64,000 nucleotides of DNA from Sphaerochaeta sp. (GTDB taxonomy: Bacteria > Spirochaetota > Spirochaetia > Sphaerochaetales > Sphaerochaetaceae), in assembly GCA_018399495.1 (NCBI GenBank), contig JAGYOG010000009.1, positions 3,651 through 67,650 on the forward strand, written 5' to 3'. The notes under the pieces are model-generated. The model made no database searches, had not been told where the DNA came from, and saw only the letters and a program-made list of their open reading frames with translations. The first letter of the stretch is position 1, and every line of letters begins with the position of its first letter. Made by a program: the position numbers and the translations under genes. This document shows, in pieces, positions 50,302-62,984 of the stretch.

Positions 50302-50904
50302 TTACGAGATGACCCGTACTCGTTCCTCAGTAGGCAGGAAATCCTTATCACCTGCTTCCTGTTTGATCGAGCCAAATGGCATCTGAGCAACAAGTGACCA
50401 AGAGGAAGGAAGATTGAAGTGTGCAAGAAGCTCTTCCTCAATGAGGTTGCCATAGTGCTGCAAGCTGGCACCGACTCCTAGTTCAGCAAGAACCGTCCAG
50501 ACAGAGAACTGTGCCATACCGGTTCCGTGGTGACTCCAAAGGGTAAAGTTTTCACTATAGAGTGGCATCTGTTCCTGAAGTGAGCGGATGGTTGCCATCT
50601 CTTCAAAGAACAGAATGGTTCCTGAGGCTGCCTTGAATCCAGCAATTTTCTCTTCAGTCTGCTTTTTCTGATCTGGATCGTCTATCATCACAACTAGTTT
50701 GGAGCGGATCAAATCCCAAAGCCAATCATGCTTGTCATCGTACAGAATTACTGCTCTGCTCGTTTGGGAGTTGAAAGCAGATGGAGCGTATTTGATTACT
50801 CCACGAACTGCTTCTTCCAGTGTAGATCTCATCACAGGAAGTTCTTTTCCTAAATTATAAATTGTGCGTCTTTTTTTCATGCTATTGATAATGGTATGTT
50901 CCAT
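50302..50904 (-). CDS. Nitroreductase family protein (Frm2/Hbn1-like)
   Basis: RRTIY, PSAFNSQ, GASLQHY, AQMPFG; start 50904 with AGGAG. Confidence 0.88.
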   Translation of the reverse strand: MEHTIINSMKKRRTIYNLGKELPVMRSTLEEAVRGVIKYAPSAFNSQTSRAVILYDDKHDWLWDLIRSKLVVMIDDPDQKKQTEEKIAGFKAASGTILFFEEMATIRSLQEQMPLYSENFTLWSHHGTGMAQFSVWTVLAELGVGASLQHYGNLIEEELLAHFNLPSSWSLVAQMPFGSIKQEAGDKDFLPTEERVRVIS

Positions 50905-51009
50905 GTATATATTCTCCTTGTCCACAATATAGTTGTTACCAATATTAATGTAAAGCCCCATTTGTGTATTCTTGTAAGATGTTTGAAATGGGTATATTCT
51001 AGGCAGACT

Positions 51010-51429
51010 ATGATACACGATACGATTGATCAACTCAGATTCTATGCCCCGTCAATTCCTCATCTGGAAGAGGTAGCCTCACTTGATGATGCAGGCATCT
51101 CAATGGAAGGAATGAAAGTTTTTTATTCTCAGTGTGCTACTTCTCCATTTGTTGGTACATTCATGTTGCATCCATCGAAGGTGTGTGTGGTACTCACCTT
51201 GCAAGGAAGCGAATTGCTTGTTACGACCTACAGAAGGAAAGATCAGGAAGGGAACGTGGATGAGAAAGGTTTAATTTCTATCCAGGACAGTGAGCCTACT
51301 GATGTAATCCGTTCAGAAGAAGGAACCTTTACAGTTTTCATGCCAGGGGAACCCTTTGCCCTAGGTATCCAGGGAGAAGAAGGACCGGTTACGGCAAAAC
51401 ATCTTCTTATTGTGCTGGATGAGATATAA
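51010..51429 (+). CDS. YhcH/YjgK/YiaL-like cupin protein (divergent)
   Basis: MIHDT N-terminus, LQGSE, FTVFMPGEP. Confidence 0.6.
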   Translation: MIHDTIDQLRFYAPSIPHLEEVASLDDAGISMEGMKVFYSQCATSPFVGTFMLHPSKVCVVLTLQGSELLVTTYRRKDQEGNVDEKGLISIQDSEPTDVIRSEEGTFTVFMPGEPFALGIQGEEGPVTAKHLLIVLDEI

Positions 51430-51493
51430 AGGGCTTTACAAATGTGTAGTAATAGCGTACGAATATTATGTGTATGACTGAGAGGAGCTTTTC

Positions 51494-52534
51494 ATGACAG
51501 GAGATAAGCAGGTACGTATTGGAAATAGTCTTATTGGACGTGGGTTACCCATCATGGTACAAACAATGTATGACAGTGCAATACCCCATGTAGCAGATGA
51601 GCTGGATGAATTAATTATTAGAATCGGAAAACTCAATGCAATGGGTTGTGATGTCATTCGTTTCTCGTATCCTTCGGTTGAAGACCATGATGCATTCAGT
51701 TATCTTTGCAAAAAGAGTCCCATACCTGTGGTTGCCGACATTCATTTTGACTATAAGCTTGCACTTGACGCACTGAACTGTGGTGCACACAAGATTCGGA
51801 TCAATCCAGGAAATATCGGAGCAAAGTGGAAAGTAGAAGAGGTTGTCAAAAGAGCCAAGGACCAAGGCAAGACAATTCGCATCGGTCTGAACAGTGGATC
51901 CCTCCCACGTGGGAACGATCCTACTGAAATTCTTATGAGCAATACTGCTCTTGAATACCTCTCTTGGTTTGAACAATGGGGATTCTCCAATACGGTGGTC
52001 TCCTTGAAAGCAAGCGACACTGATCTCACTATGAAGGCTAATCGTCTCTTTGCATCACAAAGCCCGTATCCACTGCATCTAGGGGTAACGGAAGCTGGTT
52101 CTGTGATTTCAGCTGTCACCCGCTCAACATGGGCGTTGGGACATCTCCTCAGTGAGGGAATAGGCAATACCATACGAATCAGCATCACCGGAGATATCGA
52201 GAGTGAAGTACAGGCAGGGGTTGAGCTTCTGAGAACTTTGGGGATGAGAAAGAAAGGTATCAGGATTGTGAGCTGTCCTCGCTGTGGAAGACATAGTTTT
52301 GACTCTCAAGGATTCCTTGCATCCGTTGAACAAGAACTGCTTACCATCGAAAAGGACTTGACTGTTGCAATCATGGGATGTCAGGTCAACGGCCCGGGAG
52401 AAGCTAAAGCTGCGGATTTGGCAATTACCGGACTGGGAAATAGTATATTTCTCTATGAAAAGGGAAAATTGGTAAAAAAAGTAACGCAGCAGGAAGCAAA
52501 GACTGCTTTGTTGGAAGCTATTGAACATGCATAA
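51494..52534 (+). CDS. ispG: HMBPP synthase
   Basis: [41 protein letters not shown]. Confidence 0.95.
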   Translation: MTGDKQVRIGNSLIGRGLPIMVQTMYDSAIPHVADELDELIIRIGKLNAMGCDVIRFSYPSVEDHDAFSYLCKKSPIPVVADIHFDYKLALDALNCGAHKIRINPGNIGAKWKVEEVVKRAKDQGKTIRIGLNSGSLPRGNDPTEILMSNTALEYLSWFEQWGFSNTVVSLKASDTDLTMKANRLFASQSPYPLHLGVTEAGSVISAVTRSTWALGHLLSEGIGNTIRISITGDIESEVQAGVELLRTLGMRKKGIRIVSCPRCGRHSFDSQGFLASVEQELLTIEKDLTVAIMGCQVNGPGEAKAADLAITGLGNSIFLYEKGKLVKKVTQQEAKTALLEAIEHA

Positions 52535-55364
52535 TACGTTGATAATCAAGGGTGCGAGGGAACACAACCTCAAAAACCTCGACCTGGAGTTGAAAAAAGA
52601 TCAACTGATCGTTATAAGCGGACTCTCAGGAAGCGGGAAAAGTTCATTGGCTTTTGATACCATTTTTGCAGAGGGCCAGAGACGTTATGTAGAAAGCCTG
52701 AGTTCCTATGCAAGGATGTTTCTTGATAAGTTGGACAAGCCTGATGTTGATTACATGGAAGGGCTTAGCCCGGCAATTGCAATCGAGCAGAAATCGACCC
52801 ATCGTAATCCACGTTCAACGGTAGGCACCGTCACTGAAATCTATGATTATTTCCGACTGCTCTGGGCAAGGGTAGGGAAGCCACATTGTCATGTATGTGG
52901 TCGTGAGATCAGTGAGATGAGTGTCGATCAGATTATCGATGCCATTTTCAAGGCCGAAGATGGAACGAAAATCATTGTAAGTGCTCCAATTGCAATCGGG
53001 AGGAAAGGGGAATTCAAGAAAGTTTTTGAGGATGCCCGGGCAGCAGGATTCCAACGAGTAAAAGTAGATGGAAAGATGCTCCATCTTGATGACCAGATTG
53101 TCCTTGAAAAGCAATTCAAGCACTCCATTGATATTGTGGTTGACCGTCTAATACTCAGTAAGGATATTCGCTCCAGACTTGCATCCAGTATAGAAACTTC
53201 AAATGAAATGACTCAAGGCTTGGTTAAGGTGACCTTTCTGGGAGAAAATGGAGAAGAAAGTTACGAAGAGGTTTTCAGTGAACGGAACAGCTGCCCACAC
53301 TGTGGTATTACCTTGCCTGATCTCGAACCACGATTGTTTAGTTTCAATAATCCGTATGGAGCGTGTCCTGAGTGTAATGGTCTTGGGATTAAAACAGAAT
53401 TCGACCCCGATCTTATTATTCCTGACTACACAAAGAGCTTCAACAAAGGTGCTATAGCCACAATGAATCCTGATGCAAAATGGTCCAGGTCCCTTGTTGA
53501 GGCACTTGCCAAGCATTTACACTTCACCCTTGACACTCCTTTCAGCAAGCTACCACCTGAGACCATCAATGCTTTGCTGTATGGAACCAAGGAACGTGTG
53601 TTTGTGGAATACGAGCGGGAGAAAAGTAATCAGACATATCGGGTTGAAAAACCATTTCCTGGGATTATCCCTGATCTGCAACGCAGGTATTATGAAACCA
53701 ACAGCATGCAAATCAAAATGTGGATGAATAGTTTTCAAACCACCAAGGTGTGCCCTGAGTGTCATGGTGATCGTCTTCGCAAAGAAGCCCTTGCAGTAAC
53801 TATACATGACATGAACATCATGGATGCTACCCGTCTTTCGGTAAAACATGCACATGCATTTTTCAACGATCTTACCTTAAGTGACCAGGAGATCATGATC
53901 TCCAACCAGGTTCTTAAGGAGATAAGAAGCAGATTGACATTTCTCCGAAATGTCGGCCTCGATTATTTGACTCTTGATAGAAGTAGTGCAACCCTCAGTG
54001 GGGGAGAGGCTCAACGTATACGTCTTGCCACCCAGATTGGGTCTGCACTCAGTGGGGTTCTCTATGTTTTGGATGAACCATCCATAGGATTGCACCAGAG
54101 GGATAATAAAAAGCTCATTGACACACTTAAACATTTACGAGATATAGGCAACACAGTACTGGTGGTTGAACATGATGAGGCTACCATCAGGGAGGCTGAC
54201 TATCTGGTCGATCTGGGACCGGGAGCTGGGGTGCATGGAGGCTATATTATTGCTGAAGGAAAACCTGAGGAGGTTGAGAAGAATCCTGAGAGTATTACCG
54301 GTCAGTACCTTGCAGGAGCGCTGGCTATGTCCATCCCAACCAAGCGGAGGAAGGGATCAGGTAAAACCATCCACCTTAAGGGTGCAAACAGGAACAATCT
54401 TAAGGCAGTGGATGTAGATTTCCCTCTTGGCAAACTCATCGTTCTTACCGGTGTCTCAGGAAGTGGCAAGAGTTCTCTGCTTAATGAAGTCCTGCTTCCT
54501 GCAGTAAAACGCCAGCTGGCTAATAAAAAACCGAATTATGATGGTTATGGCGATATAGACGGAGCCAAGTATATCGACAAGGTAATCAATATCGACCAAA
54601 GTCCTATAGGACGAACACCCCGAAGCAATCCTGCTACCTATGTAGGAGTCTTCACAGCCATTAGGGAACTCTTTGCATCATTACCGGAGAGTAAGGCAAA
54701 AGGGTATAAGAGCGGGCGCTTCAGTTTCAATGTGGCAGGAGGAAGATGTGAGAACTGTCATGGTGATGGAAAACTGAAGATTGAGATGAACTTTTTGCCT
54801 GATGTTTATGTTACCTGTGATGTCTGCCATGGAAAACGGTTCAACAAAGAAACCCTGGCAGTTCACTACAAAGGTAAGAACATCCACGATGTTCTGGAAA
54901 TGACCATAGAAGAGGCAAGCGAGTTCTTCAGTGCAATACCAAGGATTAAACGAAAGGTAGACACGCTCCAGTCCGTTGGACTTGAATATGTGAAGTTGGG
55001 ACAAAGTGCTCTCACTCTCAGTGGAGGTGAAGCCCAGCGAGTGAAGCTTAGTCTTGAACTCTCCAAAGTAGGCACTGGAAAGACCTTGTATGTGCTCGAT
55101 GAACCAACCACCGGGCTTCACTTTGCTGATGTCAAGAAACTGATGGAAGTACTGAATAGATTGGTAGATGCGGGTAATACCGTAGTGCTCATCGAGCACA
55201 ATCTTGATGTCATCATGCAAGCAGACCACCTCATTGACCTAGGTCCTGAAGGAGGAGATGGTGGTGGTATGGTTGTTGCAACTGGAACTCCTGAGCAACT
55301 TGCACTATGCAAGGAATCCCACACAGGGTATTATTTAGCTCAGATGTTGCATGAAAAAGGTTGA
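52527..55364 (+). CDS. uvrA: Excinuclease ABC subunit A
   Basis: [17 protein letters not shown], two LSGGEAQR, zinc fingers. Confidence 0.97.
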   Translation: MHNTLIIKGAREHNLKNLDLELKKDQLIVISGLSGSGKSSLAFDTIFAEGQRRYVESLSSYARMFLDKLDKPDVDYMEGLSPAIAIEQKSTHRNPRSTVGTVTEIYDYFRLLWARVGKPHCHVCGREISEMSVDQIIDAIFKAEDGTKIIVSAPIAIGRKGEFKKVFEDARAAGFQRVKVDGKMLHLDDQIVLEKQFKHSIDIVVDRLILSKDIRSRLASSIETSNEMTQGLVKVTFLGENGEESYEEVFSERNSCPHCGITLPDLEPRLFSFNNPYGACPECNGLGIKTEFDPDLIIPDYTKSFNKGAIATMNPDAKWSRSLVEALAKHLHFTLDTPFSKLPPETINALLYGTKERVFVEYEREKSNQTYRVEKPFPGIIPDLQRRYYETNSMQIKMWMNSFQTTKVCPECHGDRLRKEALAVTIHDMNIMDATRLSVKHAHAFFNDLTLSDQEIMISNQVLKEIRSRLTFLRNVGLDYLTLDRSSATLSGGEAQRIRLATQIGSALSGVLYVLDEPSIGLHQRDNKKLIDTLKHLRDIGNTVLVVEHDEATIREADYLVDLGPGAGVHGGYIIAEGKPEEVEKNPESITGQYLAGALAMSIPTKRRKGSGKTIHLKGANRNNLKAVDVDFPLGKLIVLTGVSGSGKSSLLNEVLLPAVKRQLANKKPNYDGYGDIDGAKYIDKVINIDQSPIGRTPRSNPATYVGVFTAIRELFASLPESKAKGYKSGRFSFNVAGGRCENCHGDGKLKIEMNFLPDVYVTCDVCHGKRFNKETLAVHYKGKNIHDVLEMTIEEASEFFSAIPRIKRKVDTLQSVGLEYVKLGQSALTLSGGEAQRVKLSLELSKVGTGKTLYVLDEPTTGLHFADVKKLMEVLNRLVDAGNTVVLIEHNLDVIMQADHLIDLGPEGGDGGGMVVATGTPEQLALCKESHTGYYLAQMLHEKG

Positions 55365-58300
55365 GAAACACAGCGTTCTATTGCTAATAATCCTGGCTCT
55401 ACTTACTTTGGGGGGCCAGTTTCTCTATGCCCAAGAGAATTCAATGCTGCTTGCACTGCGCATAGAGAGTGCCAGTGACGAGGAGCTCATGGAAATGGCT
55501 CGCCTTAGAGGCATCAGTGGAGACGATCCACTTGATTTACGTGATGCACTGTATGCGTATCATGCGATAGAGCATAGTCGTATTCCCTCCGAAGATGAAG
55601 AGAGTTCCTACCGCTTGGAAATCACCCAAGCAAGAACAATGGATAGTGATGCAGAGTCCTCTTTGGTAACCCTTACAGGAGACGTCATTGTCTCCTTCGT
55701 TGGGGAAGGTACGCAGAGGCCAAAACAGCTAAAGGCACAGAACGTACTTATTGACCTTGCTCATACAGTGCTCACTGCTTCCGGCTCTGTGTTATTCGAG
55801 GACAAGGGAGCTGACGCTGCCTTGCAATCGATAGAAGGGAGCATTGTCACTTTTGATTGGTCGGATGAGACCTTGACCATTAGTGGAGCAACAACCAAGA
55901 GTGAACGTGAGAACAGTGAAAATGAGGAAGTGAGCATCTATACCTCGGGTAGCTTGATCACCTACCAAGGTACAGAAGGTGGAATCTTTTATCATGACGG
56001 ACAGATTGGGACACGTGCAGAGAATCCCCTCTCGTCCATCAGGGCAGAACGATTGAGCTTTCTCCCAGGTGGAGATCTGATGGTGCATGATGCTGCGCTC
56101 TATCTTGGTCGAGTACCGGTTTTCTGGACACCTTTCTTCTTTTTTCCCGGCAACCAGATGGTAGGCAACCCTGCCATTGGTTTCACCAGTGATCGTGGAA
56201 TGTTTGTTTCAACGACTTGGGAACTATATGGAACATATCCAAAGCTAGAGGAGGGTGATCAGTCCAGCATAACCAAGTTATTGAGCTCTCCCGATTCAGG
56301 GAATAAGGTTCCTGGCAAGATACTATATACAACCGATGAAGAACTTTCTGCTGTGCAATCCTGGGCAAAAAAGAGTGATTCCTACCTCACTTTCTTCTTT
56401 GATGCATACGAGAGGGCAGGATTACATGCAGGCTATGATAGTAAAACAACATTCTTTTCAAAGCGACTGACTTTCGACTCTCTCTCTGCGTTTGCCTTAT
56501 ACCCACCAGGGACAAGCCCAATTGCTCTCTATTCGGATGTAGGACGCAATCGTTACTACCTTAATCAAGGAATAAGCCTGAATACCAAATGGGCAAAACT
56601 GGAAGCATCTTTGCCTCTCTACTCCGACCCTAAGGTGCTCAGCCTCTATGGCAACCGGCTCACCTCATTTGCCTTTGATGCACTGCTTGGAAAGAACCAG
56701 GAATTTCCTACGACCTATAAGTCAGATATCACCACGTATACCTGGAAGTTGAAAAGCTCTTTTTCATTCCCAACGAACATACTCTCACCATATCTTTCCT
56801 CTTTTAGCATCTCCAACCTGGAAGCCGATGCGCAATTCAAATGGCAGGATGAAGGTCCAGCATATTCCTACTTGCTGCAACAGATGCATCTTCCCCTTCT
56901 TTCCCTCAATCTTAAGGGAACCTTGCTTGATTACTTCTCAACAAAGGAGATACTACCTGAAAGTAAAGAACCAGTTGAAGGACAAGAGACGGATGTATTG
57001 CTTCCCGATGCCTACCACATCAGCGTCACAAACAACGACAAGACTTCCAAGCAGAGCGAGAAACTTGTTTCCCTAACGTATTCCATAGACCAGAAGCTTA
57101 CCCATACCTTTAACGCAACGCTCGGCGTCATTGACTGGGATGCAGCCTATCTCTATAGTCTTACCAAAGGCTCATTGTCCCTCAAAGTATCTCCAAACAC
57201 CAATCTGTTTACCATCTCAAGTGAGTTGCTTCCCCAGCTTACATTTCTTGAAGACCAAAGCAAGAGCATTTATATGAGCCGATCCTACCAGCTTTTCAAT
57301 GTGAATACGGTTTCTATTCCTGCTGTAGGTCTTACCTATACCTTAAGCCAACGGTTGTATCGTTATCAGGAGAACTATGTAAAACCGGTGGGCAGTCCTG
57401 TGGAGACTATCGAGCAAGAGTATGCTTTTAACGAGGAGTCAGTGACGGTACACCAGATTCGGTACTTGCAGGATTACCCTCTTGGAGAGGGGACCATAAC
57501 ACCAAGTGTTACTGCAAGCCTCTATCCAGTAAAGCAAAGCCTGCTTCCAAGTCTTAAGTACACCATTGGTCCGCTATCACTTTCTTCATCCTTGCTCTTT
57601 AATGAAGTGGATTCATCTCTGCAAAAGAATACCCTGAAATCAGCTTTCAATTATTCCACAAAACCTCTCTCAGCTTCCTTGTCACAAACGTACGATTTCA
57701 CCAGGACTGTTTCCTCCTGGAAAGAAGCCATGCGCTTGGATGGAACGTTCAAAGAGGAGCTGTTCTCATCGTTTCTAACACTGTCCCAACGGTTTACCTT
57801 CTCATTCCTGACCAGTGATGGAAAACCTAACTATTTTGACCATATCACGTCTGATGCAGCTATCCCCCATCTCAAGGTTACCTATGTTTCCAAAGGGGAG
57901 GCTACAGACTTGCAAGCAGAGAAACTACAAGTTGATATTGCAGGAAAAGACCTACAGGTACGATGGTGGAAAAGACGCGTTGCCCTCACCTTGGGCATTG
58001 ACTCTTCATTGAAGTTTTTCTATCAGGACCGGTATGCGAGCTCATTCTCAATTACCGCATCAGCACGACTTCAGATTGCTGAATTCCTGGACATAACCCT
58101 AGCTGCAAAAAGTACAAACACAGGATTTTTCCACTATTACGATGCCGATGATTCGTTCTCTTATTCCATGCTATGGCAAGACCTCCTGAGAAGCTTTGAT
58201 TTCAGTGGAGATGGAAGATACAATACTCAATTTAACCTCAGTGAGCTCTCATTTACCTTGGTACATGACCTTGCAGATTGGTCACTGAATTGTAAATACA

Positions 58301-58446
58301 GCGGAAGTGTTGTATTATCGAACAACCAATACAGCTGGGTACCGACTGTTTCAGTCTACCTGACGTGGAACACGATTCCCGAGTTGGATGTGGAAGAGAC
58401 TTGGACGCAAAACAATACAATTTGGACGCGTTCATCTTCATCATAG
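55351..58446 (+). CDS. LptD-like large exported/outer-membrane protein (spirochaete type)
   Basis: Signal peptide, jellyroll-like N-terminus (VTLTGDV, ASGSV), [23 protein letters not shown], aromatic alternating strands, HDLADW near C-terminus. Confidence 0.6.
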   Translation: MKKVEKHSVLLLIILALLTLGGQFLYAQENSMLLALRIESASDEELMEMARLRGISGDDPLDLRDALYAYHAIEHSRIPSEDEESSYRLEITQARTMDSDAESSLVTLTGDVIVSFVGEGTQRPKQLKAQNVLIDLAHTVLTASGSVLFEDKGADAALQSIEGSIVTFDWSDETLTISGATTKSERENSENEEVSIYTSGSLITYQGTEGGIFYHDGQIGTRAENPLSSIRAERLSFLPGGDLMVHDAALYLGRVPVFWTPFFFFPGNQMVGNPAIGFTSDRGMFVSTTWELYGTYPKLEEGDQSSITKLLSSPDSGNKVPGKILYTTDEELSAVQSWAKKSDSYLTFFFDAYERAGLHAGYDSKTTFFSKRLTFDSLSAFALYPPGTSPIALYSDVGRNRYYLNQGISLNTKWAKLEASLPLYSDPKVLSLYGNRLTSFAFDALLGKNQEFPTTYKSDITTYTWKLKSSFSFPTNILSPYLSSFSISNLEADAQFKWQDEGPAYSYLLQQMHLPLLSLNLKGTLLDYFSTKEILPESKEPVEGQETDVLLPDAYHISVTNNDKTSKQSEKLVSLTYSIDQKLTHTFNATLGVIDWDAAYLYSLTKGSLSLKVSPNTNLFTISSELLPQLTFLEDQSKSIYMSRSYQLFNVNTVSIPAVGLTYTLSQRLYRYQENYVKPVGSPVETIEQEYAFNEESVTVHQIRYLQDYPLGEGTITPSVTASLYPVKQSLLPSLKYTIGPLSLSSSLLFNEVDSSLQKNTLKSAFNYSTKPLSASLSQTYDFTRTVSSWKEAMRLDGTFKEELFSSFLTLSQRFTFSFLTSDGKPNYFDHITSDAAIPHLKVTYVSKGEATDLQAEKLQVDIAGKDLQVRWWKRRVALTLGIDSSLKFFYQDRYASSFSITASARLQIAEFLDITLAAKSTNTGFFHYYDADDSFSYSMLWQDLLRSFDFSGDGRYNTQFNLSELSFTLVHDLADWSLNCKYSGSVVLSNNQYSWVPTVSVYLTWNTIPELDVEETWTQNNTIWTRSSSS

Positions 58447-58454
58447 GATTATTC

Positions 58455-59420
58455 ATGGATAGAAGTGTGGAATTTTCCAGTAAAGAACAAATGGAACGGG
58501 TGTTGGGTATCAATGACCGGAATCTTCCCTATTTAGAAGCATTACTTGGATGTGATTTGTTTGTAAAAGGGATTTCGCTATCTTGTTTGAGCAAAGATGA
58601 ACAAATTACCAACCGCTTTCTCTCCCTGATTGCTCGGTTGCAGCAACTTGCAGAAAAACAGCATTACTTTAGTGAAACAGAAATTTTTATGGAATACCAA
58701 GGAATGAAGAGTGACCAACCACTTCAGGAATTGATCAGTAGTGATCAATGGGAGAAACCATTCATCATGGTCCATAACCGGGTTGCCTATCCAAAGAATC
58801 GAACGCAAGAAACCTACATCAAGAGCATGATGGAGAATCAAATTGTTTTTGGAATAGGACCGGCTGGTACTGGCAAAACGTTCCTTGCTGTATCGTATGC
58901 ACTTGGCCAGCTCTTGAGTGGCAAGAAACACAAGCTTATTCTCACCCGTCCGATTGTTGAGGCAGGAGAAAGCCTAGGATTTCTACCTGGGGATCTGGCA
59001 CAGAAAATCAACCCATATCTAAGACCATTGTATGATGCTATGGAAGCTATGGTCAGCATACAGAACATTAGACGTATGGAAGAAAATGGAAGTATTGAGA
59101 TAGCTCCTCTTGCATATATGCGTGGACGAAGTCTACAAAATGCCACGGTTATACTTGATGAGGCACAAAACACAACAAAAGAACAGATGAAGATGTTTCT
59201 TACCCGTCTTGGAGAGAACGCCAATGCAATCATCACTGGAGATATCACCCAGATAGATCTTCCTCGTTACAAGGATAGCGGTTTGATTCATGCCATGCAG
59301 ATATTGTATGGTATTGCTGGGCTCGATTTCATACGTTTCGACTCTCGTGATGTCGTGCGTTCTCGTATAGTACAGCATATTGTCGATGCATATGCAGGAG
59401 ATGAGGAGAGTGAAAAATAA
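58455..59420 (+). CDS. phoH: PhoH family protein
   Basis: GPAGTGKT, LGFLPGD, PLAYMRGR, DEAQN, GDITQIDL. Confidence 0.93.
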   Translation: MDRSVEFSSKEQMERVLGINDRNLPYLEALLGCDLFVKGISLSCLSKDEQITNRFLSLIARLQQLAEKQHYFSETEIFMEYQGMKSDQPLQELISSDQWEKPFIMVHNRVAYPKNRTQETYIKSMMENQIVFGIGPAGTGKTFLAVSYALGQLLSGKKHKLILTRPIVEAGESLGFLPGDLAQKINPYLRPLYDAMEAMVSIQNIRRMEENGSIEIAPLAYMRGRSLQNATVILDEAQNTTKEQMKMFLTRLGENANAIITGDITQIDLPRYKDSGLIHAMQILYGIAGLDFIRFDSRDVVRSRIVQHIVDAYAGDEESEK

Positions 59421-61630
59421 TGAAAAAAATGATTCACATTCCTGAACGCAAGCAGAAAAAGCATGAGATACAACAACAACTGTCACTTATCTTGATGGTA
59501 CTCACTGTTTTTCTTGCAATGATAGTACCATTACTGAGTACACACTCCAGCGGTACTGACCTTCAGGATTTAGAATTACAATATAAAGAAGGTGAGCTCT
59601 CCAATGAAGATATCTTTGCAACCAACAGTTTTCAGTACGTTGATGAGGCAGAAACCCAAAAACTCGTTGAACAACGTATGCAAGAGATTCCACCACAATT
59701 TAGCTATTCACTCAGATTATCTACTGTTTCAAGCAGAAGATTGGAAAAATTTCTTATGTTTTTTTCTCAAGGTGAAACAGACTTTACTTATTTTCTAGAA
59801 CAAGAAGGGCTGATTGATGAACGTAATGTGATGGAAAGAATTGCAGGTCTAAAGGGGGCTCAACAACAGTTGTTGCTACAAGCCTTGAAAGAGTGTGGAA
59901 GCTTTGTGCTTAAACAAGGACTTTTTGATGAAGAGCAATTGAATGCCATCCAATTACAAGGTTATGAAACGATTTTGTTAAGAAATAGTCTTGTAAAGCA
60001 AGAAGAAAAAGAATCTTCTACATTACACACTGATACACTATTAACTAAAGAAAATCTTCAGGACCAGTTAGCCACTGTTTTGGAACCATACGAACACATT
60101 GACAGTCAATTCCAGCCATTCCTTGTAGTGGATGCCTTGATATTGCTGTTAGAACCGAATGTTGAGTATGAGGTTTTTGAAACGATTGCTCTTCGTGAAG
60201 AAGCTGCAGCGGAGATTCCTGAACAAGTAATTACCATTGAACGAGGAGAAAAAATCATAGCTAAGGACACAGTGGTTACGAGATTCCAGATTGATTTGCT
60301 GAAGTTGATTGGATTGAATAATTTTCAATACACCATCCTGGAATTGATTGGCAGAGCAATTTTCATTCTGCTCTCCACCAGTGTTTCTGTGTATGTATTC
60401 ATCCAATTCCTCCATGCAGAAAAAAGACTCTATCTCTATTTGAATCTCATGCTTGCTTCTGTTTCGATTTCGTTGGTGGCAATGTATGTGGTTAATCTGT
60501 TTTTTACATCACGTTCTTCCCTGTTTTTAGACTCATACCTGCCGGTACTGTTTGCCCCACTTTTCACAAGCCATATTACAAGCAAAAAACGTTTGGGATT
60601 GATCAGTGCATTCCTCCTTGCGTGCTATGCAACACTGATGGATCAATCAAGTTCCGTTACATTTTTCTTTGTGTTGACCATCAGTGGAGTTTGTCTCTAT
60701 TTCTTCCGCTATACCATCAAGCGAATCGATGATGTTTTCAATTGGTTCTATGCTTGTGTTATCAGTAGTTTTGCTGCACTTTCTTTGTATATGCTCGAAG
60801 GGTTGCCCCTGCATCAGGTTATGCCTCTTGTCGGTGGTATGATTTTGAACATTACCATTACTTTGGTGTTTTTGGAGGCCTTTGTACCCTTAGGGGAGAA
60901 ACTTTTCAATATTCCTACTGCATATCGTCTTAGTGAGCTTGCCTTCAGTGAAAGTCCCGTACTTGATCGTTTGGAATCAGTTGCACAAGGTACCTACAAC
61001 CATAGTAGAAACGTGGCTGACTTAAGCTATAATGCAGCTCGCTCTATTGGTGTGAACGCCATGCTCGCGAGAGTGGGGGGAATGTATCATGATATCGGCA
61101 AGGCAGACCACCCTGAATATTTCATTGAAAATCAGAGTGGGGAAAACAAGCACGACGATATCAAACCAACGCTTTCGGCGGCAATAATAAAGAGCCATGT
61201 AAAACTTGGGTTGGAAAAGGGTAGGGAAGCAGGCCTTCCTCAGGAGGTGTTGGATATCATCAGCCAACATCACGGCAATGACGTCATCCAATTCTTCTAC
61301 AATGAGGCAAAGAATCAGGCACAAGCTGCGGGGATGGATGTAAAAGAGGATGACTTCAAGTACAATGGCAACCCTCCTGCTTTTCCTGAATCGGCAATAG
61401 TAATGTTGGCGGACTGCGTGGAAGCTGCAAGCAGAACCCTTAAACGGCCCAACCACTCAAAATATGAGAAACTGGTGCACTCACTCATTATGGGTAAGCT
61501 GGAGAGGGATCAACTCAAGAACAGCCAACTCTCTCTCACAGACCTTGATCAGATAGAGGATGCGTTCGTGCAAACCTTGCTTGGACGCGATCACCGCCGT
61601 ATTGAATACCCTGCAGAACAGAAAGGATAA
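59420..61630 (+). CDS. 7TM-HD (HDIG) phosphohydrolase, PgpH-like
   Basis: Extracytoplasmic domain, 7 TM, GTYNHS, YHDIGK, FIENQ, HHG, MLAD. Confidence 0.88.
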   Translation: MKKMIHIPERKQKKHEIQQQLSLILMVLTVFLAMIVPLLSTHSSGTDLQDLELQYKEGELSNEDIFATNSFQYVDEAETQKLVEQRMQEIPPQFSYSLRLSTVSSRRLEKFLMFFSQGETDFTYFLEQEGLIDERNVMERIAGLKGAQQQLLLQALKECGSFVLKQGLFDEEQLNAIQLQGYETILLRNSLVKQEEKESSTLHTDTLLTKENLQDQLATVLEPYEHIDSQFQPFLVVDALILLLEPNVEYEVFETIALREEAAAEIPEQVITIERGEKIIAKDTVVTRFQIDLLKLIGLNNFQYTILELIGRAIFILLSTSVSVYVFIQFLHAEKRLYLYLNLMLASVSISLVAMYVVNLFFTSRSSLFLDSYLPVLFAPLFTSHITSKKRLGLISAFLLACYATLMDQSSSVTFFFVLTISGVCLYFFRYTIKRIDDVFNWFYACVISSFAALSLYMLEGLPLHQVMPLVGGMILNITITLVFLEAFVPLGEKLFNIPTAYRLSELAFSESPVLDRLESVAQGTYNHSRNVADLSYNAARSIGVNAMLARVGGMYHDIGKADHPEYFIENQSGENKHDDIKPTLSAAIIKSHVKLGLEKGREAGLPQEVLDIISQHHGNDVIQFFYNEAKNQAQAAGMDVKEDDFKYNGNPPAFPESAIVMLADCVEAASRTLKRPNHSKYEKLVHSLIMGKLERDQLKNSQLSLTDLDQIEDAFVQTLLGRDHRRIEYPAEQKG

Positions 61631-61634
61631 CAGA

Positions 61635-62138
61635 ATGATGAACAGATATTATATTGATGTTTCCTATGAATATGAGCAGTATGCAATGGAGGCTCCTTCC
61701 CCTGTGGTTATTGCACATCTAGAGCATGTGCTTGAACACCTTGGTCAAGCGAGTTGTGAGTGTTCGGTGAGTTTTGTCAGTGACCAGACTATCCAGGACT
61801 TGAATAGGGAGTATCGTGATAAGGATGAGCCTACTGACATTCTGTCTTTTGTACAGGAAGAAGACATTGAAGATTTTTCTTGGCCGGAAGTACAAATGGG
61901 AACACTTGATGGGCCCCCAGAGGAAATCAGGGTACTGGGAGACATGGTAATATCTCTTGATGCCTTGAAAAGAAATGCACTATCCTTTAGTGTAGAACCA
62001 GATGAAGAGCTGTTTCGTCTTTTGATCCACGGATTGCTTCACCTATTGGGTGAAAATCATATCAGCAATAATGCTTATGAGCCGATGTTGGTCAAACAAG
62101 AGAAACTACTCCATCAATTGAGGGGGAGCAAACGTTGA
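61635..62138 (+). CDS. ybeY: rRNA maturation RNase YbeY
   Basis: LNREYR, PTDILSF, LGDMVIS, HGLLHLLG. Confidence 0.92.
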   Translation: MMNRYYIDVSYEYEQYAMEAPSPVVIAHLEHVLEHLGQASCECSVSFVSDQTIQDLNREYRDKDEPTDILSFVQEEDIEDFSWPEVQMGTLDGPPEEIRVLGDMVISLDALKRNALSFSVEPDEELFRLLIHGLLHLLGENHISNNAYEPMLVKQEKLLHQLRGSKR

Positions 62139-62899
62139 GCTTGCTATGGAAGAGTCTGTTCAAGAAACGCTCTGACAATCGTGAGGAACGGTTGAAGGTT
62201 GAGTTAGAAGAGCGACAGACGATGATTGAGGGCATCCAGGAACTACGTGATAAGACAGTAAAGGAGATTATGATTCCCCGTGTCGATGTCCAGTTTATCA
62301 GTAGTGATATTACGATTGATGAGTTGTATGCAATCATACAGGAACAAGGGTATTCCCGGTATCCTGTATATGAGCAGACAATTGACAATATAATAGGTGT
62401 CTTATATGCCAAGGATATTATTCGTAATGGTATAGACAATGTGTTCAATGCCAAGACTCTGATGAGACAGCCGTACTTTATACCAGAAAGCAAGCATCTT
62501 GATGATTTGCTCAGAGAGTTTAAATTACGAAAGGTGCATATTGCCATAGCCATCGATGAATACGGTGGGGTAAGTGGAATTGTTTGCATGGAGGATATCC
62601 TGGAAGTCATTGTTGGTGATATACAGGATGAATTTGATGACGACGAGGATGATGGCATGCGAAAATTAGATGACAATACCTTTGTTGTCGATGCTAGAAC
62701 TTCGATTGAAGATTTAAATGAGTCTGTAGGATTGCATCTTTCAGAGGAAGAGTACGAAACAGTTGGAGGCTATGTCTTTGAGCTGTTCGGAAGAATTCCC
62801 CTCAAGGATGAATCAGTCGAGGATGATGAGGCTATTTTTACCGTTGAGGATATCGATGGCCATAAGATCAACCAGTTGAAATTGGTTGTAAAAACATAA
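62135..62899 (+). CDS. CBS/CorC domain protein (YbeX/CorC-like)
   Basis: IMIPR, YSRYPVY, DEYGG, EDILEVIVGDIQDEFD, ETVGG. Confidence 0.9.
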   Translation: MSLLWKSLFKKRSDNREERLKVELEERQTMIEGIQELRDKTVKEIMIPRVDVQFISSDITIDELYAIIQEQGYSRYPVYEQTIDNIIGVLYAKDIIRNGIDNVFNAKTLMRQPYFIPESKHLDDLLREFKLRKVHIAIAIDEYGGVSGIVCMEDILEVIVGDIQDEFDDDEDDGMRKLDDNTFVVDARTSIEDLNESVGLHLSEEEYETVGGYVFELFGRIPLKDESVEDDEAIFTVEDIDGHKINQLKLVVKT

Positions 62900-62984
62900 A
62901 ATATATTATATACGTTGACCCTTGTAGAAGGAAAACAGTATATTAATATCGATACACAATTACATTTCCCGGAGGAAACAAACA

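Noticed and set aside
4889-61630. Dedicated c-di-AMP circuit linking the RCK potassium channel and PgpH-like gene
   Set aside because: Genes are far apart, both common, and no diadenylate cyclase is in the window
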